64,000 nt of DNA from Anaeramoeba ignava BMAN (Eukaryota; Protista; Anaeramoebae). Within the stretch, counting starts at the first letter, position 1. Each line of letters opens with the position of its first letter. The stretch covers positions 62,001 to 126,000 of the forward strand of contig JAPDFW010000108.1 in the NCBI GenBank assembly GCA_028826165.1, read 5' to 3'. Below are positions 51,450-63,812 of this stretch, piece after piece. The translations under genes and the position numbers were made by a program. The notes beneath the pieces were generated by a model. It was not told the origin of the DNA, made no database searches, and was given only the letters and a program-made list of their open reading frames with translations.

Positions 51450-52450
51450 AAATTTAAATTATAATTCAAATGAAAATGAATATGAAAATGAAAATGAAAA
51501 TTAAAATGAAAATGAAAATGAAAATGAAAAACAAATTAAAATGAATATGAAAATGGAAATTCTAATTCTAATTCTAATTCTAATTTTAATTCTAATTTTA
51601 ATTCTAATTTTAATTCTAATTTAATTCTAATTCTAATTCTAATTCTAATTATAATTCTAATTTTAATTCTAATTCTAATTCTAATTCTAATTTTAATTTT
51701 AGTTTAATTTTAATTTTAATTTTAATTTTAATTCTAATTCTAATTTAATTTTAATTTTAATTTTAATTTTAATTCTAATTCTAATTTTAATTTTAATTTT
51801 AATTTTAATTTTGATTTTAATTTTAATTATAATTTTAATTTTTAATAATTTTAATTTTAATTCTAATTCTAATTCTAATTCTAATTCTAATTCTAATTTT
51901 TAATTTTAATTCTAATTTTAATTTTAATTCTAATTTTAATTTTTAATTTTAATTTTAATTTTAATTTTAATTTTTAATTTTAATTTTTAATTTTTAATTT
52001 TAATTTTAATTTTAATTCTAATTTTAATTCTAATTCTAATTATAATTCTAAATTTAATTCTAATTCTAATTCTAATTATAATTTTAATTTTAATTATAAT
52101 TTTAATTTTAATTTAATTTTAATTCTAATTCTAATTATAATTTTAATTTTAATTTAATTTTAATTTTAATTTTAATTTAATTTTAATTTTAATTTTAATT
52201 ATAATTATAATTCTAATTTTGATTCTAATTTTTGATTCTAATTATAATTTTAATTTTAATTCTAATTTTAATTCTAATTATAATTCTAATTTTGATTTTA
52301 ATTTTAATTCTAATTCTAATTCTAATTCTAATTTTAATTCTAATTTTAATTTTAATTTTAATTTTAATTATAATTATAATTTTAATTTTAATTTTAATTA
52401 TAATTTTAATTATAATTTTAATTTTAATTTTAATTTTAAATTCTAATTTT
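51450..52450. repeat. Intergenic hexamer satellite (AATTTT/AATTCT)n
   Basis: About 1 kb of visible hexamer repeat. Confidence 0.9.
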
Positions 52451-52870
52451 AAAATTAATCGATCAAAAGGAATAAAAGTCGAATTAAATAAAAAATAAAT
52501 AAATTGAAATTAATTTTAATCGATCAAAATAAAAGCAAAAATTTCCAATTTAAAATGAGTTTAAAAAAAATTTTTTTTTTCTTTTTTAAAAAAATAAAAG
52601 TTTTTATAATAATTATTATTAATTTTATATTAATTTTATATTAATTTTTTTAATTAAAAAAAAAAATAAAAAGATCCAAAAAAAAAAACAAAAAAAAATT
52701 CATTTTTTTTCTTTCAATTTCATTTGTTTACACTTTATATTTTTTTTTTTATTCAATTTTATTTTAAAAAAAAATTTTTTTTTAAATTTCAAAAACAAAA
52801 ACAAAAACAAAAACAAAAACAAAAACAAAAACAAAAACAAATTAAAAAACAAAAACAAAAACAAAAAAAA

Positions 52871-55800
52871 ATGAATCAAAACAATTTAAATCAAACAGAA
52901 AACAGTCCTTCAAAACAAAATTCAATTGAAAAAAATAAACCACTTGAACAAATATTCTTGAATTTTTCTCAACTCAATCTTTCTAGAACAAGATCAGCTC
53001 CTCCTACTTTAGTTAAAGAAATGGTAACATTTGATCCTTTTCTTTAAACTTTTTTTTTGATTTAAAAAAAAATGAAACAAATTCAGATCGTTTTAGATCA
53101 AAATTCAAAATTCAAAATCAAAATCTAAATTAAACTTAAAATTAATATTCAAAATCAAAATTAAAATTAAAATTAGAATTTAAATTAAACTTAAAATTAA
53201 AATTAAAATCAATATCAAAATTAAAATTAAAATTCAAAATTCAAAATCAAAATTAAAATTAAAATTAAAATTAAAATTAAAATTAAAATTAAAATTCAAA
53301 ATTAGAATTATATTCAAAATTAAAATCAAAATCAAAATCAAAATTAAAATTAAAATTAAAATCTAAATTAATATTCAAAATTAAAATCAAAATCAAAATC
53401 TAAATTAAAATTAATATTAAACTTAAAATTAAAATTAAACTTAAAATTAAAAATTAAATTTAGAATTAAAATCAAATTAAAATTAAAATTAAAATTAAAA
53501 TTAAAATTAAAATTAAAATTAAAAATTAAAATTAAACTTAAAATTAAAATAAAATCAAAATTAAAATTAAAATTAAAATTAAAATTAAAATTAGAATTTA
53601 AATTAAACTTAAAATTAATATTAAAATTAAAATTCAAATTAAAATTAAAATCAAAATTAAAATTAAAATTAGAATTTAAATTAAACTTAAAATTAAAATT
53701 AATATTAAAATTAAAATTCAAATTAAAATTAAAATTAGAATTAAAATTTAAATTAAAATTAAAATTAAAATTAAAAATTAATATTAATATTAAAATTAAA
53801 ATTAAAATTAAAATTTAAATTAAAATTAAAATCAAAATCAAAATTAAAATTAAAATTTAAATTTTAAAATTAAAATCTAAATTAAAATTAAAAATTAAAA
53901 TTAAAATTAAAATAAAAATTAAAATTAAAATTAAAATTAAAAATTAAAATTAATATTAAATTTAGGCGAAAACGCAATTAACACCACAAGAACCAGAAGA
54001 TTTTCGTTTTAAACCAGAATATCATGAAGAATATAAAAAAACTTTATATCAAAATCCAAGATATCCTCCTCCACTTTTTGCATTTCCTATGAGAAAATTT
54101 GAAGGTAAACTTTCTTTCAAAATCTAAATCTAAATTTAAATCTAAATCTAAATCTAAAAATATTTTAATTTTAGAAAATAATCCAAATCAACCAAAAGAC
54201 TTAAAATTTGATTTGAACTTTCAAAGTAAAATACGACAAGAAATAACACCATTAAAGTTTCCTTTATTTTCAAATTTAAGCAAAAATACAAGTAATCAAG
54301 AACAAGATAAAAATCCTCAAATTGATAACTTAAATCAATTACAAATAAAACCGAATGCAAATGCAAAAGAAACATCATTTGAAAAAAATGATGAAATAAA
54401 ACCAAAAGAAACAAACAAAGAACAAACAGAATCACCAACAAACATTTCATTTTCACATTTCCCATCAAATCCAATTCAAAATCCAATCCAAAATCCAATC
54501 CAAAATCCAATCCAAAATCCAATTCAAAATCCAATTCAAAATTTAAATCAAAATACAATTCAAAATCCAATCCAAAATACAATTCAAAATCCAATCCAAA
54601 ATACAATCCAAAATACAATTCAAAATCCAATTCAAAATCCAATTCAAAATCAAATCCAAAATCAAATCCAAAATCCAATTCAAAATTCAATTCAAAATCA
54701 AATCCAAAATCAAATCCAAAATCAAATCCAAAATCAAATCCAAAATTCAAATCTAAATCAGAATAAAAATCTAAACAAGATTAAAGAATCACTCTCTTCA
54801 CCTAAAAAAACAGAAAATTCAATGTTAAATATTCAACCAAACCAATTTTCATATAATCCAACATCACCATTGAAACAATATCCACCAAGAAACCAAAAAA
54901 TGTTTTCATTATTTGATAATTTTGAACAAGAAAATACATTCAATTTCAATCAACTTCGACCAAAAGTCTCATTAACACCAGAACCGAAATCAACAACATT
55001 TTTCCCAACTCAATCAGGGATATTATCACAAGAAGATTCCTCAAAAATACCACGTAGTCAAACAATGAGTCCTTTACTTCAAAGAACATCTAGTAATCCA
55101 AATAATAATTTTTATAATTTGGATTCATCATTATTAGCACCAAGAACACCATCACCACAAATTATGAACCGATATACTGAATTTCAACCACAAATGGAAA
55201 CACCATCTTATTCCTATGATTCTTATTATAATCAACCAGGTAAATAAATATATATTTATAAAAAATATATATAAAAAAATAATTTGATATTTTTATAGAT
55301 TATTCGCACACTAATAATCCTAATTATGAATATCAAAACCCAATGAACCAAAATCCATATCAACCATACTTCTTTTCGCAACAACAACAACAACCTCTTC
55401 AACAACCACAAGCATATCATTATTCACCTGATCCTTCATATTGGGAACAAAATCAATATTATGATGCCAATTATCAATATTCAATATCAAAGCAAAGTTA
55501 TCCATCACAATTTCCTCATTCCAGAACAGAAAGAGGTGTGAATCCAAGATCAAAGACTTTTAAAAACGGATTAAATCATCACCGATCTGGATTGCGTCCA
55601 AATTCTGTTACAGCAATTTTAGAAGATATTTCCTATAACAAAAATACACAAGGTTATGAACTAAAAGATATTTTTGGGCATTTATATCAATTTAGTATTG
55701 ATCAACATGGCTCAAGGTTTATACAACAAAAATTAGAAACTGCGAACGAAGAGGATATGCAAAAAATTTTTGAAGAAATTCGAGACAATTTCTTTAACTT

Positions 55801-56886
55801 GATTGAAGATATTTTTGGGAATTATGTTGTGCAAAAATTTTTCAATCATGGTATTTTAATTGAAAATAATATTTAGAAAAATATTGACAAAAGATTATTT
55901 ATAAAAATAAAAAGGAACTAAACAACAAATCAATGAGTTAGTTGAACTACTTAAAGGGCATGTAAATCAATTTGCAGTTCATATTTATGGATGCAGAGTA
56001 ATTCAAAAAGTAATTGAAGTAACATCAATTGAACAACAGGAATTTATCATTTCCGAACTTAAACAAAACATCAAAAAATGTGTTTATGATCAAAACGGAA
56101 ATCATGTGATTCAAAAATGTATTGAGTTGATTCCTCAAAAACACATCCAATTTATAATTGATACTTTTTATGACCAAACAATACAATTATCAACACATTC
56201 ATATGGATGTCGAGTAATTCAAAGGATCTTAAAGCACTGCACAGGAACTGAAGTTGTAAATTGATTTAAAATTGAAATTGAAAATGAAAAATTTCTTTTA
56301 AATAATAATTTCGATTTCTTTTTTTTAGGATCGAATTATTGAAAAAGTTCTTAGTTCTTCTATGGATCTTGTTTTTGATCAATTTGGAAATTATGTTATT
56401 CAACATATTCTTGAAAATGGAACAAATGAACAAAAAAATTCTATTATTCAAAAAGTTTTTGGAAGAGTACTTGAAATGTCTCAACACAAATATGCTTCAA
56501 ATGCTATTGAAAAATGTATTGAATTTGGAACTCCTCAACAAACAAAGCAATTATTAAATGAGATTCTTGATAATGGAGGGTAAAATTTATTTAATAATCT
56601 ATTTAATAATTTATTTAATAATCTATTTAAAAATTTATTTAATAATTTATTTAATAATTTATTTAATAATTTATTTAATAATTTATTTAAAAATTTTAGA
56701 GAATATCTTAGAGTTATGATGATTGACCAATATGCAAATTATGTTGTTCAGAAATTTTTGGAAAGATTAAAAGGAAAAGACCAAAAAAAACTTCTTAATG
56801 TTTTAAAACAAAACATGAGATCCTTAGAAAGCAATTCATTTGGAAAATTTGTTATTGCAAAAATGACTAATTTAGGATTAATTTAA
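52871..56886 (+). CDS. PUM: Pumilio/PUF RNA-binding protein with eight Puf repeats
   Basis: N-term RTRSAPPT and NPRYPPPL motifs; repeats with SRFIQ, NYVVQ, CRVIQ, NHVIQ, CRVIQ, NYVIQ, SNAIE, NYVVQ (canonical UGUAnAUA code). Confidence 0.93.
53100..53960 (+). repeat. (AAAATT)n satellite in Pumilio intron 1
   Basis: Visible hexamer array ending at the acceptor TTTAG near 53965. Confidence 0.9.
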
Positions 56887-57149
56887 TTCATTTAAGGAAT
56901 ATTATTGTTATATTTTGTTTTGTTTTTTTTTTTTTTAGTTATATGTTCAGTGAAATTTGGATAATTAATTATTAATTATTAATTATTGATTTGATATAAA
57001 AAAAAAATTTAAGAAGAAAAAATTTTTTGGAATTGATAAAACAAGTATAAAATTATAATTAAGAATAAGAACAAAAATAAAATGTTTTCCAAAAATAAAA
57101 GAAAGAATTTGTTTTGATTTTTATTAAAAATTAAAATTAAAAATTAAAA

Positions 57150-57993
57150 TTAAATTGCTTTAAATTTAAGTATTTCTTGAAAAGATGTTTCTAAATTTTT
57201 TGTAAATTGATCTAATTGTTTAACAGATAAATCAAGTTTTGAAACACTTTCACTCATTAAATCAATTTGTTCAAAATAAATTTGTAAATCAGTTTCTAAT
57301 TATAAAAATATAAAAATATAAAAATATAAATTATAAAATTATAAATTATAAAAATATAAATTATAAAAATATAAAGTTTTTGATACTTTTTTCTTCTAAT
57401 GTTTTTAAAAATGTAGAAAGTTTTTCTGTTTTTTCTTTAATTGATTCATATTTTTCTACAGTATTCAAATTAATTTTTGAAATGAAATCAAAATCATTTG
57501 AAAAAACTAAAATAAAATAAATAAAATAAAATGAATAAAATTATTTGAATAAATAAAATTAGAATAAATTACTTTGTTTTTCATTTTGAGAATATTCTTG
57601 AAGAGTTGAAAACATTTGATTGACTTGAGATTTTAATTTTTGTTCTTGTTTTTCAGTTTCTTTTAAATTTTTATTTTCTTCATTTTCTTTATTTTCAATA
57701 TCTTTTGTTTCTTTATCTTCAATATCTTTTGTTTCTTTATTTTCAATGTCTTTTGTTTCTTTATCTTCAATATCTTTTGTTTCTTTATTTTCAATGTCTT
57801 TTGTTTCTTTATCTTTAATGTCTTTTGTTTCTTTATTTTCAATGTCTTTTATTTCTTTATCTTTAATATCTTTTGTTTCTTTATCTTCAATATCTTTTGT
57901 TTCTTTATCTTCAATGTCTTTTGTTTCTTTATCTTCAATGTCTTTTGTTTCTTTATCTTCAATATCTTTTGTTTCTGTTTGTTGTTGAGACAT
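57150..57993 (-). CDS. BLOC1S2: BLOC-1/BORC subunit 2 (BLOS2)-like, with N-terminal 8-aa repeat (DKETKDIE)
   Basis: QMFSTLQEY...DFDFISKINLNTVEKY...YFEQIDLMSESVSKLDLSVKQLDQFTKNLE; three exons; 24-bp coding tandem repeat at about 57690-57975. Confidence 0.75.
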
Positions 57994-58077
57994 TTAGAAA
58001 AAAAAATGAAAAAAAATGAAAAAAATGAAAATCATTTTTTTTTCTTTTTTCTTTAGAAAAATTAAAAATAAATTTAA
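57994..58077. promoter_or_regulatory. 84-bp bidirectional promoter between BLOC1S2 and the DENN gene
   Basis: (AAAAAAATG)x3 followed directly by AAAATCATTTTTTT between divergent ATGs. Confidence 0.6.
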
Positions 58078-61000
58078 ATGAATTCTTCTTTTAAAAATAT
58101 TGATTCATTTTTATTAATTAAACTAACAAATTCTGTTCCACAAATTTTACAAGCATATCGTTCACATCAATCAAAGTTTCAATTACTAAATAGTGTTAAT
58201 GATTCTTTTTTTCATTCAAAAATTATTCATGGAATTCTTTTATTAAATTTCCCTGATTATCAATATAATTTAGAGAATGAAAACAAAGAAAATGAAAAAA
58301 CAAATGAAAATATCTCAATTAAGTAAAAAAAGAAAAAAGAAAAAAAATTATTTAAAAGTTTAATTTCAAAAAAAAAAAATTTTCAAGTCAACAATTTTCC
58401 TCTTTTATTTTGGATTCAAAACAACAACAATTATTTGTGTTTTGTCGGAGAATAAATATCAAAGAAGGATTATGTACAATGTGTATATTAAGTCGGAAGT
58501 AAATATAAAAAAAATTATTGATAAAAAGGAATCCAAATATTTAATTTAGAAAAAAAAAAACAAAATTATTTTTTAAAATAATTAAATACACAAATTTGCA
58601 AGATCTTGGTTTCAAGTATTTGGAGAATTAGTAAATATTATTCTTTCTCATCTTAACCAACCAGAACAAATTGTTGAAATATTGGATTCAATTAACAATC
58701 AAGATATTCCAAAACCAAGTGATATTTTTTTGGTTAAAATCAAGTCGAATGAATTACTTTATACAGAATACAAAATTCTTCGACCTGAAGATGATGATAC
58801 AATGACTTTTCTTTCCAATTTTGAGGAATTGTTTGGCTGTTTAGAGATATCCAAAATTATATCAGTTTTTTTTGCATTGCTATTTGAAAAAAAGATTGTG
58901 CTTGCAAGTTCAAATTTTTCGAAATTGTCGAATTGTTGCCACACCTTTTTAGGGATGTTATATCCTTTTTTTTGGCCATGGTTGTTTATTCCAGTAATGC
59001 CCAGTAGTTTAATTACAGAGTTTAAGAAATATAAATCAGGAATTATTGGGGTTCATTCTGATTTAATTCCGAAGATCAAACAAGAAGTTGAATCTCCGTA
59101 TTTAATAGTTGATTTGGACAATAATCGAATTGAACGTTTAAACAAGTTCCATTATAATAGTGGATATTATCCCAAGGAGGATGTTGATATTTTAACAGAG
59201 AAATTGCAGGAAGTTATTTCAAATCAATCCAAAAGTAAAAAAACTTAAACTTAAATTTTAAATTTAAACTTAAAATTTTTAAATTTATTTTATTGGAAAA
59301 AGATAAATTTTTTCCTGAATTGGATTGTTCAAGAGCTTTTCTAGATTTTTTTCTTGGTATTTTTGGAAGTTATATTAATTTTATTAACCGAGAAAATTCA
59401 GGCAATAATTTTGTTGATATGAAAGCATATGTTGAATCTTTGAATGAATCAAGGAAGAAAGTATTTTTTAAAAGGAAAAAAAAATGGAATGATTTTTTTA
59501 ATCACAACAAACAAAACAAATATATTTTTTGAATTAAGTTTGTGTTGAAATTGATGAAGTTGAAAATGATTCATAACTTTTCCGAAACACATTTAGAGAA
59601 GGTTTTGAAGTATGGAAAAGACTCAGGATCTTTTGAGCGAAAGTTTGAAGAAAACCAGAAAAAGGAAAAGAAAAGCGAAGAAAATGATCAAAAGAAGAAG
59701 AAAATGGAAGAAAAGAATCAAATCAAGAAAATGGACAAATCACAAAAAATCAAGAATAAATTGAAAGGGATTGGGAATGCCTTTCGAAAAATTCGAGATA
59801 AAACAAAAGGAAAGAATAATGTAATAAAAAAACAGGAAAATTTACCTAAAGAAGAATTTAGAAAACCAATAAAGAATGAAAGAAAGCAGAATATTATGGA
59901 TTCATCAATTTTTGAAAATGGAGTTATTGATGTTCCAGAAGCTTTAATTGACAATGTGAATTTAAATTAAAATTTCAATTTAAATTGATTTAGATTTAAA
60001 TTTAAATTTAAATTTATTTATATTTTTTTTTAAAAGGTTTTAAATGTTCAAAGAATTGTTGATTTAAGGAAATTTCAAGATTTTCAATTTGATCTAAAAT
60101 TTGAAGCAGTTCATGATTTAGTTAATCCAAATAAAGTTAGGAATATAAACGGAAGTAAAAATATTATTTTGAAATTAAAATTAAATTAAATTTATTTTGA
60201 AATTAAATTTACAAATATTAGATGGTGATTTATTAATTGATATAGTAGTTAATTCTCCAAATCAAATAAATCAAATAAATCAAAATGTTAATTTCAATTC
60301 AAATGAAGAGAATATTAAAAATATTCCAAAAAGAAAGAATCAAATAAATCAAAATGTTAATTTCAATTCAAATGAAGAAAATAATCAAAATATTCCAAAA
60401 AGAAAGAATCAAATAAATCAAAATGAAAAAGATTTACTTAATTTCAATCAAAATGAAGAAAATAATCAAAATATTCCAAAAAGAAACAATCAAATAAATC
60501 AAAATGAAAAAGATTTACTTAATTTCAATTCAAATGAAGAAAATATTAAAAATATTCCAAAAAGAAAGAAAGAACAATTTAATAAAAATGAAAAAGATTT
60601 ACTTAATTTTAAACAAAATGAAGAAAATAATCAAAATATTCCAAAAAGAAACAATCAAATAAATCAAAATGTTAATTTCAATTCAAATGAAGAAAATAAT
60701 CAAAATCTTCCAAAAAGAAACAATCAAATAAATCAAAAAGTTAATTTCAATTCAAATGAAGAAAATAATCAAAATATTCCAAAAAGAAACAAAGAAATAA
60801 ATCAAAAAGAAAAAGATTTACTTAATTTTAAACAAAATGAAGAAAATAATCAAAATATTCCAAAAAGAAAGAAAGAACAATTTAATAAAAATGAAAAAGA
60901 TTTACTTAATTTTAAACAAAATGAAGAAAATAATCAAAATCTTCCAAAAAGAAACAATCAAATAAATCAAAAAGTTAATTTCAATTCAAATGAAGAAAAT

Positions 61001-61675
61001 AATCAAAATATTCCAAAAAAAAACAATCAAATAAATCAAAAAGTTAATTTCAATCAAAATGAAGAAAATATTAAAAATATTCCAAAAAGAAACAATCAAA
61101 TAAATCAAAATGAAAAAGATTTACTTAATTTCAATCAAAATGAAGAAAATATTCAAAATATTTCAAAAAGAAAGAACCAAATAAATCAAAAAGTTAATTT
61201 TAATTCAAATGAAGAAAATATTCAAAATATTCCAAAAAGAAAGAACCAAATAAATCAAAATGTTAATTTCAATCAAAATGAAGAAAATATTAAAAATATT
61301 CCAAAAAGAAAGAATCAAATAAATCAAAATGAAAAAGATTTACTTAATTTTAATCAAAATGAAGAAAATATTAAAAATATTTCAAAAAGAAAGAAAGAAA
61401 TAAATCAAAATGAAAAAGATTTACTTAATTTCAATCAAAATGAAGAGAAACAAGAATTAAAAAAAGATATTTTAGATAATACTGAAAAAATAAAGAAAAA
61501 AAATGGAAAGAATTTATTAATGGATTTTGGAGAAGATTTTTTTAAGAGAAAAGAAAAAAATAATTTAAAGAAGAAAGAAATGACAAATGGTGGAGATGAT
61601 TTATTGATTTTTGATAATGAAAAAAAAGAAGAAAAGAAGGAAATCAATAAGAATTTAATAGATTTAGATTTCTAA
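58078..61675 (+). CDS. DENN-domain protein (Rab GEF-like) with a long repetitive Asn/Gln/Lys-rich C-terminus
   Basis: FSSFILDSKQQQLFVFCRRI (uDENN); ALLFEKKIVLASSNFSKLSNC...LYPFFWPWLFIPVMP...IIGVH (cDENN); AFLDFFLGIFGSY (dDENN); acidic-dileucine-like tail motifs DLLIF and LIDLDF. Confidence 0.85.
60260..61450 (+). repeat. Coding tandem repeat of about 23-28 aa (NFNQNEENxxNIPKRxNQINQ) in the DENN protein
   Basis: About 16 in-frame copies in ORF 60197-61675. Confidence 0.9.
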
Positions 61676-61916
61676 TTTCTAATTTCTAATTTTTAATTCT
61701 TTAAAAGATTAATTAATTTAATAAAGAAATTAAAAGATTATTTTTTTGGAAAAATTTTAATAAGAAAATTTGATGAAAAAATCTTAATTTTATTTTTTTG
61801 CTTTTTTTTTAATTTGTTTTGTTTTAGTTTTGTTTTGTTGGAATAAGAAAAAACAGGTGGAAAAATAAAAAAAAAAATAAATTCATTTTTCTTCTTTTCT
61901 AAAATAATAAAACAAA

Positions 61917-63812
61917 ATGGAAAAATATGAAAAATTTTTTATACAAAAACAAGATTATCAAAAACTTCTAAAGACACAGAACCAAAAGCTGTACAAGATT
62001 ATTCAAGAAGCGATTGACAGAATGAAGCCGAAAGATGTAGTAGTAATAGATGATAGCAAGGAAGATCGAGAGCGTATTCGGAAGCTAGCGATTGAACGAG
62101 GAGAAGAGCGTGGATTAAAAATTAAGGGGCACACGATTCACTATGACGCGTACAACGATCAAGGACGGGACAAAGCAAACACGCGAGTACTTCTTGAGAA
62201 AGGGGAGACGTTGAGCAGGAGCTTGTCATTTGGCGAACGGGAAAGTAACTTAAAGGATATCTATAACATCATGGACGGGATCATGGACGGAAAAACAATG
62301 ATCATTGCTTTCTTCACACTCGGCCCAAGAAACTCGCGGTTCATGATCCCTGCGTTGCAGATTACTGACTCGTTCTATGTAACGCACTCGGAGCAAATCT
62401 TATATCGACCAGGTTTTCAAACTTTTTGCGATTTGAAAAATAAAGATGATTTTTTTTACTTCTATCATTCGGCAGGAAAACTTGTCAATAACGTCTCTGC
62501 CGAGCTTGACAAACGTAGAATATACATTGATCCCAAAGAAGAGCGTGTGTTTTCGATGAACAATCAGTATGCAGGAAACTCACTGGCATGCAAAAAACTA
62601 GCGTTGCGACTTGCGATCCATCGGGCAAACAACGACGTCAAAGAACCCTGGCTTACTGAGCACATGTTTTTGGCAGGTTTCCCGTCGCGTCGTGGAGATC
62701 GTTACACATACTTCACAGGCGCATTCCCGTCGGGTTGTGGAAAGACCTCGACAGCTATGATTCCAGGTGGGAAAATTGTCGGAGATGATATTGTGTACAT
62801 AAGATCCGACGATCAAGGCAGAATGATGGCCGTGAATATCGAACAAGGCTGCTTCGGAATCATCGAGGATGTTAATGCTCATGATGACCCCGAGATCTTC
62901 AAAGCAATCACAACCCCGAAAGAAGTTATTTTTTCTAACGTTCTTAACGATTCCGACGGAAATGTTTTTTGGACAGGTTGCGGAATGGAAATTCCAGATA
63001 AAGGAATCAACCACTCTGGAGACTGGAAACTAGGCAACAAGGACAGCAACGGGAAAGTGATCCCATGTTCCCATCCAAACTCACGTTACACAATCAACAT
63101 TGACGAACTTTCAAATGCGGATCTTGAAAACCTTCACAATCCAACTGGCGTCGCTGTCGATGGCATTCTTTACGGCGGAAGAGACCCCGACACCACAGTC
63201 CCAGTCGCGCAAGCTTTGTCGTGGGAACACGGCGTTTTCATCGGTGCGACTATCATGTCGGAAACAACCGCTACTACGATTTCTGGAGCGCAAAAAAGAA
63301 TCGAGAACTCTCCAATGGCAAATTTTGATTTTCTTATTGTTCCTCTTGGAAAATACCTCACAAACCACATTAACTTCGGACGATCCCTGAAGAAATGTCC
63401 GAAGGTGTTCTCGACAAACTACTTTCTTAAGGACTCCAATGGCAAATGGACGAATACTAAACTTGACAAGAAAATTTGGATCATTTGGGCTGAGGGCATC
63501 ATCCACAACGAATTCTCAGGAATCGAGACTCCGATCGGAATTATTCCAAAGTACGATGATCTCAAACAGCTTTTTGCTGAGTTCTTTACTGACGACAATG
63601 GCTCGCCAAGGCTCTATACCATCGAGGAATACAACGAACAGTTTAGTATCCGTGTTGATAAATATTTGTCAAGAATGAATTCCATTAAGAATCTTTTCAA
63701 AGACGACAAGGATATGCCTCCAGAGTTTGATAAAGAGTTCCAACGCATTTATGATGCTCTTACAGAGCTCAAGAAGGTTGGTGGTGTTATTCCTCCTTCT
63801 CATTTCATCTAA
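61917..63812 (+). CDS. pckG: GTP-dependent phosphoenolpyruvate carboxykinase, intronless, prokaryote-like
   Basis: QITDSFYV, QYAGNSLACKKLALR, WLTEHM, GAFPSGCGKTSTAM, VGDDI, HPNSRY and YGGR motifs; 631-aa uninterrupted ORF. Confidence 0.95.
   Translation: MEKYEKFFIQKQDYQKLLKTQNQKLYKIIQEAIDRMKPKDVVVIDDSKEDRERIRKLAIERGEERGLKIKGHTIHYDAYNDQGRDKANTRVLLEKGETLSRSLSFGERESNLKDIYNIMDGIMDGKTMIIAFFTLGPRNSRFMIPALQITDSFYVTHSEQILYRPGFQTFCDLKNKDDFFYFYHSAGKLVNNVSAELDKRRIYIDPKEERVFSMNNQYAGNSLACKKLALRLAIHRANNDVKEPWLTEHMFLAGFPSRRGDRYTYFTGAFPSGCGKTSTAMIPGGKIVGDDIVYIRSDDQGRMMAVNIEQGCFGIIEDVNAHDDPEIFKAITTPKEVIFSNVLNDSDGNVFWTGCGMEIPDKGINHSGDWKLGNKDSNGKVIPCSHPNSRYTINIDELSNADLENLHNPTGVAVDGILYGGRDPDTTVPVAQALSWEHGVFIGATIMSETTATTISGAQKRIENSPMANFDFLIVPLGKYLTNHINFGRSLKKCPKVFSTNYFLKDSNGKWTNTKLDKKIWIIWAEGIIHNEFSGIETPIGIIPKYDDLKQLFAEFFTDDNGSPRLYTIEEYNEQFSIRVDKYLSRMNSIKNLFKDDKDMPPEFDKEFQRIYDALTELKKVGGVIPPSHFI

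Noticed and set aside
44950-61675. Apparent cluster of membrane-trafficking genes (SCAMP, TMF, BROX, BLOC1S2, DENN)
   Set aside because: Interspersed with unrelated genes, and trafficking genes are abundant, so there is no evidence of functional clustering
62598-63678. Overlapping antisense and alternate-frame ORFs in PEPCK
   Set aside because: Expected by-product of higher GC; no recognisable motifs
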